From contig CAUYUJ010000007.1 in the NCBI GenBank assembly GCA_963575745.1, forward strand, positions 62,001-119,646: a DNA stretch of 57,646 nucleotides, in the 5' to 3' direction. Every line of letters starts with the position of its first letter. Position 1 is the stretch's first letter. The notes beneath the pieces are model-generated. The model had not been told where the DNA came from. It ran no database searches and was given only the letters and a program-made list of their open reading frames with translations. The position numbers and the translations under genes were made by a program. The DNA is from Prorocentrum cordatum. Taxonomy: Eukaryota. Shown in pieces: positions 1-12,364 of this stretch.

Positions 1-780
1 CGACGGCGCTTGCACGTGTAGTGAGTCTGCCTGGGCAGCCGCCGTGCTATCGTCCTCCTCCGTGGTGGGCCCCACTCCAACGTCGCCAGGAGCAGGCGAG
101 TCCTCGTCCTGCAGGGTCATCTTGACGACCTCCAGTAGCATTTCGTCCGCGTTGGCGACCAGGGGCTCGAGGTGCTGCCAGAATCGGAAATGGCAGCCAC
201 GAAGGACGAGACGGCGTCGGGGGTCTCCATGGTGGTAACCTGATTGGGCTGCTGCTGCCAGGCGTTGGGCGGCACGTGGTGCGGTGCCGCCGCCTGGACC
301 TCGGGGTCGTCCGCCACCAGGGGGCCGACGGGGTCGCAGCGGCCAATGCCCTCCTCTGTGGTGTCCTCCACCTCCTCCTTCGTCGCGCAAGGGTAGCCTG
401 CAGCGGCCGCCTCCGACGCGGCAGGGGGGAGGGGAGGGGCGGGCGCACTCGGGGCCTCCACGTCCAGCGACTCGCCGAGGGTCGGCGTGTGGGTGTCCGC
501 GGTCGGCGCCGATCCGCCCCGTCCGATCCTGGGCCCAGCAGCGGCCCAGTCCAGTGCAGCAGAGGATGCGCGAGCGAAGCCGCCCGGCGGCACGCGCTGG
601 GCGTGCCAGGCGGCGCTCCTGCGGAGGCAGCGACTGCCTGGCACAGGGCGTCCCTGCGCTAGCAGCTGGAGCGCCGGCCTGGCCGCCCGCTCGCGGTCTT
701 GCCAGGAGCCTGGCTCGCAGGGAGCCAGCGAGGCCCACAACGCCGGCTCGCACGCCGCCTGAGCTCTCTCTCTCGCCATT
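1..780 (-). pseudogene. Possible frameshifted coding remnant of unknown function, running off the window edge
   Basis: Minus frame reads MARERAQAACEPALW...WQDRERAARPALQLLAQGRPVPG...VSSFVAA. Near 185 the protein-like text shifts frame to FWQHLEPLVANADEMLLEVVKMTLQDED... and stays open to base 1. No family recognised. Confidence 0.3.
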
Positions 781-999
781 CGCCTTGCCGCCGATGGCCC
801 CCACAGGTGGGCCTGCGCAGCGCAGAGCGAAGGCGGCCGCCACTCCGCAGGGCGACCTCCCGCAGCCATTGCATGCACCGTGATCCCAAAGCCCCGCTCC
901 CCCAAAGCCCCAACGCCCGCCGCGTTGCCCCGACTGTTAGGCCTGGGGACAAGGTCCAGGAGCGGGGAACCTACGGAAAGGCATGAGCCAAAATGGCTA

Positions 1000-1165
1000 C
1001 GGAAGGAGGAGGAGGAGGGGGAGGAAGAGAAGGAGGGGGAGGAGGGGGAGAGGAAGGAGGGGGGGAGGAGGAGGAGGAGGAGGAGGAGGGGGAGGAGGAT
1101 GAGGGGAGGAAGGAGGGAGGAGGAGGGAGGAGGAGGAGGAGGAGGAGGAGGAGGAGGAGGACGAG
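1000..1165. repeat. (GGA)n purine-rich microsatellite, representative of many GGA/CCT tracts (e.g. 3620-4040, 6720-6860, 14220-14580, 21340-21950, 45015-45120, 51170-51860, 53660-53820, 57160-57490)
   Basis: Direct reading. These tracts produce the poly-E/G/R/P/S/L ORFs in the track. Confidence 0.95.
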
Positions 1166-1187
1166 AAGGCAAAGTCGGGTAAGGACT

Positions 1188-1385
1188 GCACCGACCTTGC
1201 AGACGGGCTGCAGCGGATTTTCGCGCGGATTTCTGCCAACGCAAGACCCCGAAACGGCGAGCGAAAAACAGAGTGAGTTTTACGTGGATGTTTGTTCAGC
1301 CTTGATTCCTGGCCAAAAACTCCGCACGACATCCACTTCGCAATCCGGAACGAAATTATCCAGGACACTCCGGGCCCATCCGATT
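1188..1385 (+). repeat. Dispersed repeat, homologous to 44611-44810
   Basis: Shared GCACCGAC(C/T)TTGCAGACG...GCGCGGATTTCT...CCCCGAAACGGCGA(G/A)CGAAAAAC...ACGTGGATG...AATCCGGAACGA...CACTCCGGGCCCATCC. Confidence 0.8.
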
Positions 1386-1860
1386 GTTCTCCGGACGAAA
1401 TCCACTCTGCGATGTTGTCGCCATGATAAGTCGAGATTGAATACCTGTGTCCCGAGGCATGTGTGCGACGAAAAGGAGCGGGTCTCACGCGAGATGGTAG
1501 AGCGACCGCACGCGTCGGCTGACGCGGGCCGCCAGCGTGGCACGCCTGCATCGAAACCGGGGCGCTTACGAGCCGCATTACGCGGGCAGCTAGCACGCAA
1601 ATGTCGGCGCAATGGACCCCGATTTCCTCGGTCATTCGTCTGTGCGCGGACGAGGGTGGAGCCTGGGAACGGAATGAAAGAAGAAGAGGGAGAAGGCGAT
1701 GCAGTCTGTGAGGTTTCATGACCCTGGCCACGATATCCAAACACACCGTCCTCAGGACGAGGAGGAGGAGGAGGATCCGGCTCGTGGACCCCCCCGAACG
1801 GAGTCGGGGAACGCCAGCTGCCCCGACCTCCCCGCGTCGTTCGCAAAATCACTACGTTTA

Positions 1861-1968
1861 GGTCGAGCATGTCCACCTACAGACGGATTTCGGACGAAAA
1901 ATAAAATCGTCCCCAGACTATGATTTGACTATTTTCTGATTGCCCCCAGGAGAGGGACAGGCCCGACT
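1861..1968. mobile_element. MITE family 1 (TA-flanked, ~22-bp TIR), copy A
   Basis: TA|GGTCGAGCATGTCCACCTACAG ... AGAGGGACAGGCCCGACT, with an AT-rich interior containing ATCGTCCCCAGACTA as in the other copies. Confidence 0.7.
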
Positions 1969-2332
1969 CAACACTACGGTTGCTTGTTCTACGTTTTCGT
2001 CGGTTCACGGCAGCTCTCCAGCCTCGGGATGCGTTCCTGCAGCTGCGCTTCGTCAAGAGTGCTTCGGGGGCGCCCAGATACCCACTCAGTCTCCCGAGCG
2101 GCCGCCCCCGAAGGCCCGGGCTGTGACCCGAAGACCCCGCCTCCGTGTGGCGTGAAATCCCGACGAGGAAGTGCTGGTCGTAGATCGGGCATGTCCTCCT
2201 GCAGGGGGATTTGGGGCGAAAAATCAAAAATAGTCCCCCCCCCAAAAAACATGATGGACCCACGAACCCGGAAAGGGATAAAGACATGTGCAGCATGGTC
2301 ACGTTTGCACGATACCCAACTGGGCGACATCT

Positions 2333-2498
2333 CACGAAACATCCCACGAGACACCCCGCGAAACATCCCACGAGACACCTCACGAAACATTCCACGAGAC
2401 ACCTCACGAAACATTCCACGAGACACCCCGTGAAACATTCCACGAGACACCCCACGAACAGGCAACCACTCAACCAGACACGCCACGAAACATTCCAC
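2333..2498. repeat. 24-bp tandem repeat CACGAAACAT(T/C)CCACGAGACACC(C/T), ~5 copies plus a partial
   Basis: Direct reading. Confidence 0.9.
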
Positions 2499-2509
2499 GG
2501 GGGTGCGAC

Positions 2510-2914
2510 TGGGTGTGGTCGTGCTGGGGTGTGGTCGTGCTGGGGTGTGGTCGTGCTGGGGAGTGGTCGTGCTGGGGTGTGGTCGTGCTGGGGGGTGGTC
2601 GTGCTGGGGCTGGGGTGTGGTCGTGCTGGGGGGTGGTCGTGCTGGGGCGTGGTCGTGCTGGGGCGTGGTCGTGCTGGGGCGTGGTCGTGCTGGGGTGTGG
2701 TCGTGCTGTGGTGAGGTCGTGCTGGGGTGTGGTCGTGCTGGGGTGTGGTCTTGCTGGGGTAGGGTCGTGCTGGGGTCGGGTCGTGCTGGGGTGTGGTCGT
2801 GCTGGGGTATGGTCGTGCTGGGGTGGGGTCGTGCTGGGGTGGGGTCGTGCTGGGGTCTGGTCGTGCTGGGGTGTGGTCGTGCTGGGGTATGGTCGTGCTA
2901 GGGTGGGGTCGTGC
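2510..2914. repeat. 16-bp minisatellite GGTCGTGCTGGGGTGT, roughly 25 copies
   Basis: Direct reading; source of the GVWSCWGVVVLG pseudo-ORFs. Confidence 0.95.
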
Positions 2915-3436
2915 ATTTCGCTCGAGACATCCTGCCAAAATTCCAGGAAATCGTACAAAAACAAACGAATTAGTCGAGACATCATCGAAATTCCTTCGCG
3001 CGGGGCGCTTTTCCGCGTCGCGGTCGGCTCTGCAAAACAAGCGTTTTCGCTCGAGACATCCTCGGCAAACTCTGCGGAGCAAGCGTTTCGCTCGAGACAT
3101 CCTCAACACACGAAAAAGTGGCCCGCACCCTGTGATTTATCGATCGGGATTTCAAAAACAAGCGTTTCGCTCGAGACATCCTCAAATTTTAATCCGCCGG
3201 CCTCCTTCGACCTCGATATTTATCAGGGAAAAAATCCGCCGGCCTCCTTCAAGTTGGCACCGGGGGATTAGGTTTACCAACTAAAAGAGAACCCTGGGCC
3301 CGCGCCCTTTCCGGGAAAAAACAAAAATATTCCAAAAATCGTTCCGGACTATATTTTCACTATTTTTGAATACTCCTGTAGAGGGACAGGCCCGACTCCA
3401 GGGTTGGTCACGTTCGGCCTCTCGGGGGCCCTCGTA

Positions 3437-3616
3437 GGGGAATGAAGAATGACATGAACATAACTCGGAGGTCCGCGCGGATTCCTCGGATCGGCGCTGG
3501 ACCCCCCTCCCTGCGCCAGGGGCGGCGCCAGAGGCGCCGCCAGGGGGCCCCAGCGCGGATCCGAGAAATCTGCGCGGACCTCAGAATTTGCATGTTCGTA
3601 TCATTGTTCGTTCCCA
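3437..3616. mobile_element. MITE family 2 (long ~65-bp TIRs, TA-flanked), copy 1
   Basis: Left arm TA|GGGGAATGAAGAATGACATGAACATAACTCGGAGGTCCGCGCGGATT...GCGCTGG is the imperfect reverse complement of the right arm CCAGCGCGGATCCGAGAAATCTGCGCGGACCTC...CATTGTTCGTTCCCA|TA. Confidence 0.75.
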
Positions 3617-4291
3617 TACCTCCTCCTCCTCCTCCTCCTCCTCCTCCTCCGCCTCCTCCGCCTCCGCCTCCTCCTCCTCCCCCTCCTCCTCCCCCCCCTC
3701 CTCCTCCAAATCAAGACCGACCTGGCCAGGACCAGTGCAAGCGTACTGTTGGCGCCCCCCGACGGGGAGGGGCGACGGCACCGCTGTGGGCATCGCGCTG
3801 CGTCATGTCCGGGCCGCTGTTCGGCGGCGCGCTCAAGTGGGGTGGCGCGAGGAGGAGGAGGAGGAGGAGGAGGAGGAGGAGGAGGAGGAGGAGGAGGAAG
3901 AAGAGGGGAAGGAAAAGGGAGGAGGAGAAGGGATCATTAGGAGGAGGAGGAGGAGGCGGAGGAGGAGGAGGAGGAGGAGGAGGAGGAGGAGGAGGAGGAG
4001 GAGGAGGAGGGAGGAGGAGGAGGAGGAGGAGGAGGAGGAGGACCTCACAGGTGCTCGAACGTTTTCTTCGGTTCTTGGGAGTTTGCCAGCCTCGGGTTGC
4101 AGTCCTTCAACTGTCCCCCGCCGAGAGCGTGCTAGGGGTGCCCGCATTGCCCCGAACGGCCGCCAGAGGCACGAGTTTTACGGTTTGACCCGAAAACCAA
4201 GCCCCTTGCGTGTTTGAAAAAACGCGAGCGACGGATTTTAGCATGTTTCGGCCTCTGGGGGCTCTCACCGGGCCTCGGGACAGTCAAAAAC

Positions 4292-4680
4292 ATCCTGGCG
4301 GAGGACCCAACCACATGGAAGTGTGAGTGGCGCAAGGCAGGAGGGACGCCAGAGGGGGGAGCTCCCTGTAAGACCAGCTGCGCCGAAATGGGCAGGGCGG
4401 CACCATGCGAACTCTCTGCCACTGTGTCCTTCGGCGGAGCTCCCTATGGGGCGACGAAACGTGCGAGGGGTGTGCCGACATGGGCGGGGCGGCGCCATGC
4501 GAACCCCTCCACTGGGGCTTCCAGTTGAGATGTGTGGGGTCACGAAACCTGTGTACGGATTGTGTTTGAGACGATAATGAAATGGTGAGGGGGGAGGGAG
4601 GAGAAGGCGGAGGGAGGTGAGGTGAGGACGCAGGGCGCCCTGGATTGAAAACGGGGACCCAACACCACAGGATGATTGGG
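4292..4680 (-). mobile_element. Helentron/Helitron2-like non-autonomous element with 90-bp internal repeat (short copy)
   Basis: Ends ATCCTGGCGGAGGACCCAACCACATGG and GGGGACCCAACACCACAGGATGATTGGG match the termini of the other copies; ~2 satellite units inside. Confidence 0.6.
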
Positions 4681-4731
4681 ATAACGACTCGAGAAGGGGT
4701 CCAAAGTCCTGGGGAGCCACGTTGTGGAAAT

Positions 4732-5195
4732 ATCCCGGCGAAGGATCCAACCATATGCAGAGGGGGAGCTCCCTATGGGGCCACGAAGAAGGTGAGGGCT
4801 GTGCTGGAATGGGCAGGGCGGCTGCATGCGAACTCTGCCGCTGGCGCCCTCGATGGAATGCACTACAGGGCCACGAAAAAAATGAGAGGTGTGCCGAAAT
4901 GGGCGGGGCGGCGCCATGCAAATCCTGGCACGGGTGCTCTCTGTGGAGCTCCCTCTGGGGCCACGAAACGGGTGAAGAGCGTGCCGAAATGGACTGGGCA
5001 GCGACACGTGAACCCTACCGCTGGCGCCCTCGGTGGAGCTCCCTCTGGGGCCACGAAACGTGAGGGGTGTCCAAAATGGGCGGGGCGGGGCATGGGAACC
5101 CTGCCCCTGGTGCCCTCGGTGGAGCTCCCTCTGGGGCTACGAAACGTGTGAGTGTTGTGCCGAGATGGGCGGGGCGGCGCCATGTAAGCCCTGAC
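4732..5195 (-). mobile_element. Truncated copy of the same element; ~90-bp tandem array
   Basis: Begins ATCCCGGCGAAGGATCCAACCATATGCAG, then ~5 units of GGAGCTCCCTATGGGGCCACGAAACGTGTGAGGGGTGTGCCGAAATGGG; the other terminus is not seen. Confidence 0.6.
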
Positions 5196-6994
5196 ACTGG
5201 CCGGTCCCCTGGAAGGGCTCCAGAACTCTGAGGAGCCACGTTCGGGTGTCTGGGAATGCGAGGCGAGGATTTATCCAGATCCACCGCCTGGGAACCGACG
5301 TCCTGGTGCCCCAGCGGGCGGTGGATATGGATATACTTTGGCCCCCGGGGGCCCAAAAAAGTCCATATGCATTTCCTGCCTAGGTATCCGAAAATTGATC
5401 CTCCAGGCGGTGGTCATGTATAAATTCCCGCCTCGGAGGGAAGGGGGGCGGCCCCCATGACAAGCAGAGGCCTCCCGCCACCCCCTTGTGCGCGCCACCA
5501 GGCTGTCCATGCAGGTCGCCGGCCCAGCAGCGGCCAGCACCAGCACGCACACGAGGGCGAGCACGCGGACCATGACTGGGCTCCGCGGCTGACGTTTGGC
5601 GTTTGCCGCTTCGCGAGGCGCTCTCAGGCCAAAAAGCTCTGGAACTTTACGTGTGGGTCGTTGCTTGGCCACCTCCGCCTCCTCCGCCTCCTCCTCCTCC
5701 TCCTCCTGCTCATCCTCCTCCTGCTCCTCCTCCCCTTCTCCCCCTCCTCCCCCTCCTCCCCCTCCCCCTCCTCCCCCTCCTTCTCCTCGTCCTCCTCCTC
5801 CTCCTCCCAGCGCAAAGCGGGAGCGCTGCACCACCGTCCTCGCCACCGCAGCCGTCATCGCCGTCTTGGTCGCTGTCAGATCTGCTGGCAACCTTGGGGG
5901 CGCAAGGCTGTCAAGGTTGGCGCTGGACTGCTGCTTGTGTTCTTTGTGTTATCTTTTGCTGGTTGCCTCCTGTTTCTCCACTCCTGACTCCCTTCCCCAA
6001 GGTTCCACAAATTGCCTAAGACTGCCACTGAGAGGCCCCAGTCCCAAGATGCCGCCAAAATCGCCCAGGATGGTCCAACAAGGCCCCAGTATGGCCCCAA
6101 CGCGGGATGGGATGCACAGAGACATACTCATACTACATGCCCTCCTTGGAGGCGCGCGCCCGACCCGAACATATAGTACATCCGTCTTGTAGTAGATCGT
6201 TTCCCGACCCGAGCGGTGCGGCCAGAAAGCGCCCGCCACGACGCATGTACTTATAAGATCTCTGGGTGCCCACGTCGCCCCTGGGGGGGCGACGCACATC
6301 TAGTGTAAGTATGTTGGGGTGACGCCGACGGGAGGCCCCCCACTTGGGCCCCAGAAGCCCAAAGATGGCCCCCATCTTGCCCGTTACGCCCCAAGGGTGG
6401 CGCGAGAGGCCCCCGGAAGCAACGAAGGGGCCCCCAAGGCGGCCCCAGAAGGCCCCCAAGCTGCCACAACGTTGCCGCCAGAGTGCTCCGCCTGCACGCC
6501 CTCCGTGAGATCCAACGTCACGAAAAGCGAGCAGCACCGCGAAGAAATCACGACGGGAGCACTGGACCCAGCTTTGCCCCTCGCTTGTCCGGCCACTGCC
6601 CGAGAAGGGAAGCAAACGCCAGGGGTGGACAAGAACGCGACTCCTGGATCTCGGGCTTGCCGCCAGGCCGTCGTCGAGCCCGGCTCCTCTTTCCCCGCTC
6701 CTCGTTCCCCTCTTCTCCGCGAGGAGGAGGAGGAGGAGAAAAAGGAGGAGGAGGAGGAGGAGGAGGAGGGGGAATGGAGGAGGAGGAGGAGGAGGAGGAG
6801 GACGAGGAGGAGGAGGAGGGGGAGGGGAGAAGGAGAAGGAGGAGGAGGAGGAAGAGGAGGAAGGTCGGGCGACGGGACCCGTCAAGACCGCTGGCTGCTC
6901 GCCCTGCCCTCGGGGTTCCCTCGCTGGGCTGCCGTCTGCGGCAGCTGGAGGGCTGCGCCCTCCGCCGCCAGCCTCCCATGAGCATGGAGCTGAT

Positions 6995-9900
6995 CATGAG
7001 GAGGATGATGATGACGACGACGACGACGACGATGATGATGATAATGATGATGAGGATGAGGATGAGGATGAGGATGAGGATGAGGATGAGGATGAGGGAA
7101 TGAGGATGAGGATGTGAGGATGAGGATGAGGATGAGGATGAGGATGAGGATGAGGATGAGGATGAGGAGGATGAGGTGATGAGGAGGAGAGGATGGTGAT
7201 GGTATGATGATGGTGAGGATGATGATGACGACGACGATGATGATGATAATGATGATGATGATGATAATGATGATGAGGATGAGGATGAGGATGGACGACG
7301 ACGACGATGATGATAATGATGATGAGGATGAGGATGAGGATGAGGATGAGGATGAGGATGAGGATGATGATGATGATGCTGATGCTGATGATGGTGATGA
7401 TGATGGTGAGGATGATGATGATGATGATGATGATGATGGTGATGATGGTGGTGGTGATGATGGTGATGATGATGATGGTGATGACGATGGTGATGACGAT
7501 GGTGGTGATGATGATGGTGATGATGGTGATGTTGATAACGATGTTAATGCTGATGCTTATGCTGCTGCTGATGGTGATGACGATGGTGGTGCTGATGGTG
7601 ATGCTGATGATGATGGCGCTGACGATGTTGATGCTGATGGTAATGATGGTGATCATGATTATGACGGTGATGATGATGCTGCTGATGATGGTGATGCTGA
7701 TGATGATGGTAATGATGGTGATGATGGTGGTGGTGATGGTGATGATGATGGTGATGACGATGGTGATGGATGTTGGTGATGATGATGGTGATGATGGTGA
7801 TGCTGATAACGATGCTGATGCTGATGCTGATGCTGCTGCTGATGGTGATGAAGATGGTGATGCTGATGGTGATGCTGATGGTGATGCTGATGGTGATGGC
7901 GCTGACGATGCTGATGCTGATGCTGATGATGGTGATGATTATGACGGTGATGATGGTGGTGATGATGATGCTGGTGATGATGATGCTGATAATGATGGTG
8001 ATGATGCTGATGATGATCATGGTGATGATGATGATGATGATGATGCTGATGAGGGTGATAATGCTTAGGCTGATGCTGATGCTCAAGGTGATGCTGCTAG
8101 TGATGATGATGATGCTGCTGATGATGGTGATGGTGATGATGACGATGGTGATGATAGTGATGATAACGGTGATGATGTTGAAGATGATTATGCTGGTGGT
8201 GATGGTGATGATGATGATGATGCTGATGCGGATGATGACGACGATGTTGATGATGATGATGATGATGCTGATGCTGATGATGCTGATGCTGATGGTGATG
8301 ATGACGATGCTAATGCTGATGCTGCTGATGAAGCTTATGATGATGATGATGCTGATGATGATACTGATGATGATTGCGATGCCAGTACTAATGATGCTGA
8401 TGATGGTGATGATGGTGATGCTGATGGTGATGCCAGTGATGGTGATGTTTATGATGATGGTGATGATGGTGATGCTGATGCTGGTAATGATGCTGATGCT
8501 GATGCTGATGCTGACGATGATAATGATGGTGATGATGATGATGATGGTGATGATGATGCTGATGATGATGATATTTGAGCTGATGGTGATGATGATGGTG
8601 ATAATGGGAATGATGATGATGATGCTGACGCTGATGCCGCTGATGATACTGATGATGATGCTGATGCTGATGGTGACGATGATGCTGATGATGCTGCTGA
8701 TGATGGTGGTGCTGCTGATGATTATGCTGATGCTGATGCTGATGATGGTGATGGTGATGATGCTGATGATGTTGATGATGACCATGCTGATGCTGGTGAT
8801 GATGATGGTGATGAAGATGATGCTGATGACGCTGATGGTGATGGTAATACCGATGATGATGATGCTGATGGTGATGACGATGGTGGTGATGGGGATGATG
8901 ATGGTGATGATAATGATGCTGATGCTGATGATAATGATGATGGTATGATGATGCTGATGATGGTGATAATGATGCTGATGATGATGATGGTGAGGATGAT
9001 GGTAATGATGATGGTAATGATGGTGATGGTGGTGATGATGATGATGGTGATGATTATGATGATGACGATGCTGATGCTGATGGTAATGACGATCCTGATG
9101 CTCATACTGATGATAATGACACTGGTGATGATGATGCTGATAATGATGGTGATGATGCTGATGATGATCATGGTGATGATGATGATGCTGATAAGGGTGA
9201 TGATGCTTATGCTGATGCTGATGCTGAAGGTGATGCTGCTAGTGATGATGATGATGCTGCTGATGATGGTGATGGTGATGATGACGATGGTGATGATAGG
9301 GATGATAACGGTGATGATGTTGAAGATGATGATGCTGGTGGTGATGGTGATGATGATGATGCTGATGCGGATGATGACGATGATGTTGATGATGATGATG
9401 ATGCTGATGCTGATGATGCTGATGCTGATGGTGATGATGACGATGCTAATGCTGATGCTGCTGATGAAGCTTATGATGATGATGATGCTGATGATGATAC
9501 TGATGATGATTGCGATGACAGTACTAATGATGCTGATGATGGTGATGATGGTGATGCTGATGGTGATGCCAGTGATGGTGATGTGTATGATGATGGTGAT
9601 GATGGTGATGCTGATGCTGGTAATGATGCTGATGCTGATGCTGATGCTGACGATGATAATGATGGTGATGATGATGATGGTGATGATGATGATGATGGTG
9701 CTGATGATGATATTGGAGCTGATGGTGATGATGATGGTGATAATGGTAATGATGATGATGCTAACGCTGATGCTGCTGATGATGTTGATGATGATGCTGA
9801 TGCTGATGGTGATGATGATGCCGATGATGCTGCTGATGATGGTGGTGCTGCTGATGATTATGCTGATGCTGATGCTGATGATGGTGATGGTGATGATGCT

Positions 9901-10450
9901 GATGATGTTGAGGATGACCATGCTGATGCTGGTGATGATGATGATGGTGATGAAGATGATGCTGATGACGCTAATGGTGATGGTAATACCGATGATGATG
10001 ATGCTGATGGTGATGACGATGGTGGTGATGGTGATGATGATGGTGATGATAATGATGCTGATGCTGATGATGATGATGATGGTATGATGATGCTGATGAT
10101 GATGATGGTGAGGATGATGGTAATGATGATGGTAATGATGGTGATAGTAGCTGATGTTGATGATGGTGATGGTGGTAATGATGATGATGAGTGTGATGAT
10201 GATGTTGGTGCTGATGATTATGATGATGATGGTGATGATGATGATGGTAATGATGGTGATGCTGATGATGATGGTGATGGTATGGTGATGACGCTAATGA
10301 TGCTGATGATGATGCTGATGATGATGGTGATGATGATGGTGATGACGGTGATGATGATAATGGTGTTTATGCTGATGCTGATGATGATGATGCTGATGCT
10401 AATGATGATGATGGTGATGAGTGATGATGATGTTGATGATGATGGAGACG
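6995..10450. repeat. 3.4-kb degenerate (GAT/GCT/GGT)n trinucleotide array with a ~1.14-kb higher-order duplication
   Basis: Rare landmarks recur ~1136-1139 bp apart: GAAGCTTATG (~8330/~9466), TGCGATG.CAGTACTAATG (8375/9511), GGTATGATG (8942/10081). Confidence 0.95.
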
Positions 10451-11342
10451 ATGCGTTGCAGGATTTCCAACATGTCTCTCCTGCTGCTCCGCGCAGGCTC
10501 CAGAGACGAGGGCCGCTGGACATTGGCTCAGAAAAGACCTCGAGCGTCTCCTACGCCAGCCGCTTCGTTCATGACAGCATGGTCGCCCGACCCCAGGCCA
10601 TTGGGAAGAAGTTGGTGGCAAGCGCTAAGCGGGAAGGCGGTTGGAATAGACTATAGACTGTGCTTCGGCCCACCACCCGAAAAATGAAACCAGAAGAACT
10701 CCCCTTTGCTTGTTGGCGTAGTGAGGCACTCACACTGTAGCATTGGGGAAAGATTGGAATCTGGGAGATCCATCTTCAAAGAACGACCCGTACGTAAGAA
10801 GACGGGAGCACCCCCTAAGCATACAGGGGTCGCCTCAGATGTCTCTGAACGCCTTTTGATGCTTCTGACGGCGTCTGGAGGTCCAAAAAGGATTCAAGCC
10901 TCGATCCTCAAATCTCGACCATCGACCCTCTCCTCCTCCTTTTCCTCTTCCTCCTCCTCCTCCTCATCCTCCTCCTCCTCCTCCTCCCTCCTTCTCCCTC
11001 CTCCCCCTGCCTACTCCTCCTCTTCCTCCTCCTCCTCTTCTTTCCCCTGCCGCCGCCTCCAACTCCTTCGCCTCCCCAGTACTCGGGCTCTGCACGTCTT
11101 TCATGACCTCGGCCCCACGGGCTTCGACAGCTTCCCCCTGGGCTGGCTTTCCATCCCGAGCTGTCTTCTGACGGCCCTGGGGCCAGGAATGCAGATTTCA
11201 GAGGGCGACAACGACGAGCGCGTATCTTCATCGTCGGCGATGACGGGCGTCATGGGGGAAGGGGCACCACAGCCGCGCCCGCGCGCACGACGACAATGAG
11301 CGACGAGCGACGAGCGACGACGACGACGGCGACGACGACGCG

Positions 11343-12130
11343 AGCAGCATGTAGGTGGCGATCTGCCCCACAGCGCCTGTGTACACCAGTGCTCGCGCCA
11401 CAGCGCCTGTGTACACCGCAGTGCTTGCGTGCACCGCAGCGCTGGTCTGCACCGCAGCGAATGTGTGCACCGCAGCAGCCATGTGCAACACAGCGCCTGT
11501 CTACACCACAATGCTCACGTGTACCGCAACGCCTGTGCACACCACAGCGCCTGTCTACACCACAGCATCCGCGTGCAACGCAGCGCTGGTGTACACCAGA
11601 GTGCCTGCGTGCACAGGACAGGTAGAAGGAGCATGTCGGTGAGGATCTGCTGCGGACAGCTAAACGCCACGCCAGGGACGTGCTGAGAATAGAATGCGAC
11701 GTGTTTCCCTCCTCCCTCCTCCCTCTCCACCTCCGCCTCCTCCTCCTCCTCCTCCTCCTCCTCATCCTCCTCCCCCTCCTCCCTCACCCTTCCCCCCCGT
11801 CGTGCGGGTCGGCACTGCAGAGCACGTGCTCGTCTCAGCGTGCACCGCAGAATTGTCTATTCACTGGTGCCGTGCCGAGTGCACGCAGGCACTGTGGTGT
11901 ACACAGGTGCTGTGTTGGATGTGTTGCACATGGCTGATGTGGTGTACGCAGGCGCTGTGGTGTACACAAGCGCTTGTGGTGCCAGCAGGCACTGTGGCAC
12001 ACACTGGCGCTGTGATGTACGCGGCTGCTGTGGTGTACATAGGCGGCGTGGTGTACACAGGCGCCGTGGTGCACGCAAGCACTATGGTGTACACAGGCGT
12101 TGTGGTGCAGATCGCCACAGACATGCTGCT
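11343..12130. repeat. Inverted pair of 18-bp minisatellite arms (CACAGCGCCTGTGTACAC-like), foldback-like
   Basis: Left end AGCAGCATGTAGGTGGCGATCTGC is inverted at the right end GCAGATCGCCACAGACATGCTGCT. The left array and its flank recur at 51960-52190. Confidence 0.75.
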
Positions 12131-12311
12131 GCTACCCGTCCTCGATGATTCCTAGGCATTCCCAGACGCCGCTGGCGCAAAACGTGACATCATCGGCCCC
12201 CTCCACCCCCCCCAAATGATTGCCGTCATCGGCCCGGATTCAAACAAAAACAAAAAAAAAAAAAATCCAGCTGCGTCCGCGCGCACGACGACGATGAGCG
12301 ACGAGCGACGA

Positions 12312-12364
<53 letters not shown>

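Noticed and set aside
2916..3183. Repeat-spacer pattern TTTCGCTCGAGACATCCT resembling a CRISPR array
   Set aside because: The repeat is only ~18 bp, spacing is irregular, spacers resemble each other, there are no cas genes and the context is eukaryotic.
6994..10656. Long poly-Met/Ile/Asp ORFs (up to 413 aa)
   Set aside because: Translations of a GAT-type microsatellite, open on both strands, with phase shifts and no unique domain.
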